Shown one piece after another: positions 62,571 to 62,599 of a DNA stretch of 62,599 bases (positions are counted from its first letter, which is position 1; each line of letters opens with the position of its first letter). This DNA is from a virus (lineage: Duplodnaviria > Heunggongvirae > Uroviricota > Caudoviricetes): positions 1 through 62,599 of IMG/VR virus record IMGVR_UViG_3300045988_162118. One strand, 5' to 3'. The notes under the pieces are model-generated. The model was given only the letters and a program-made list of their open reading frames with translations. It searched no databases and had not been told where the DNA came from. The translations under genes were made by a program, and so were the position numbers.

Positions 62571-62599
62571 CGCTCAGTGGAACGATAAGTCACTCTAAG
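62562..62599 (+). mobile_element. Tn3-family 38-bp terminal inverted repeat (outer end 62562; element extends beyond window)
   Basis: GGGGTCTGACGCTCAGTGGAACGATAAGTCACTCTAAG versus recalled Tn3 IR GGGGTCTGACGCTCAGTGGAACGAAAACTCACGTTAAG. Confidence 0.7.

Overview
This 62.6 kb window reads as a large part of a phage P1-like plasmid-prophage. Anchors seen directly in the sequence: a Cre-class recombinase next to an exact 34-bp loxP site, C1 and Coi immunity genes, PacA/PacB with the TGATCR pac hexamer clusters, Phd/Doc, ParB/ParA with a P1-type parS, a RepA flanked by iterons and an origin with GATC heptamers and a DnaA box, a DnaB-family helicase (Ban), an RdgC homolog, a fused C5-cytosine/Dam-like methyltransferase, the KilA/RepL/Ant/Icd region, Sit, and the 5' part of tail fibre gene S. 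About 15 copies of the C1 operator-like box ATTGCTCTAATAAATTT sit in front of operons. Against the P1 gene order as I recall it (not checked), several slots carry different content: (1) a Type IC EcoR124-like hsdM-hsdS-hsdR cassette directly upstream of phd/doc; (2) an extra GIY-YIG/T5orf172-like gene between the replicon iterons and parA; (3) RepA iterons that do not match the canonical P1 iteron although par looks P1-like; (4) an unlisted hok/mok-like type I toxin; (5) a tRNA cluster (Asn, Tyr, Thr, Ile2) set among four long hairpin elements with conserved ends, downstream of a C1-operator-driven structured transcript; (6) a Tn3-family terminal inverted repeat that truncates ref at the right edge. 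No CRISPR array and no integrase were seen. The strongest candidates for something undescribed are the GIY-YIG-like gene in the rep/par interval and the hairpin/structured-RNA region in the tRNA cluster. All functional calls come from motif recognition and synteny by eye; no search or fold computation was run.
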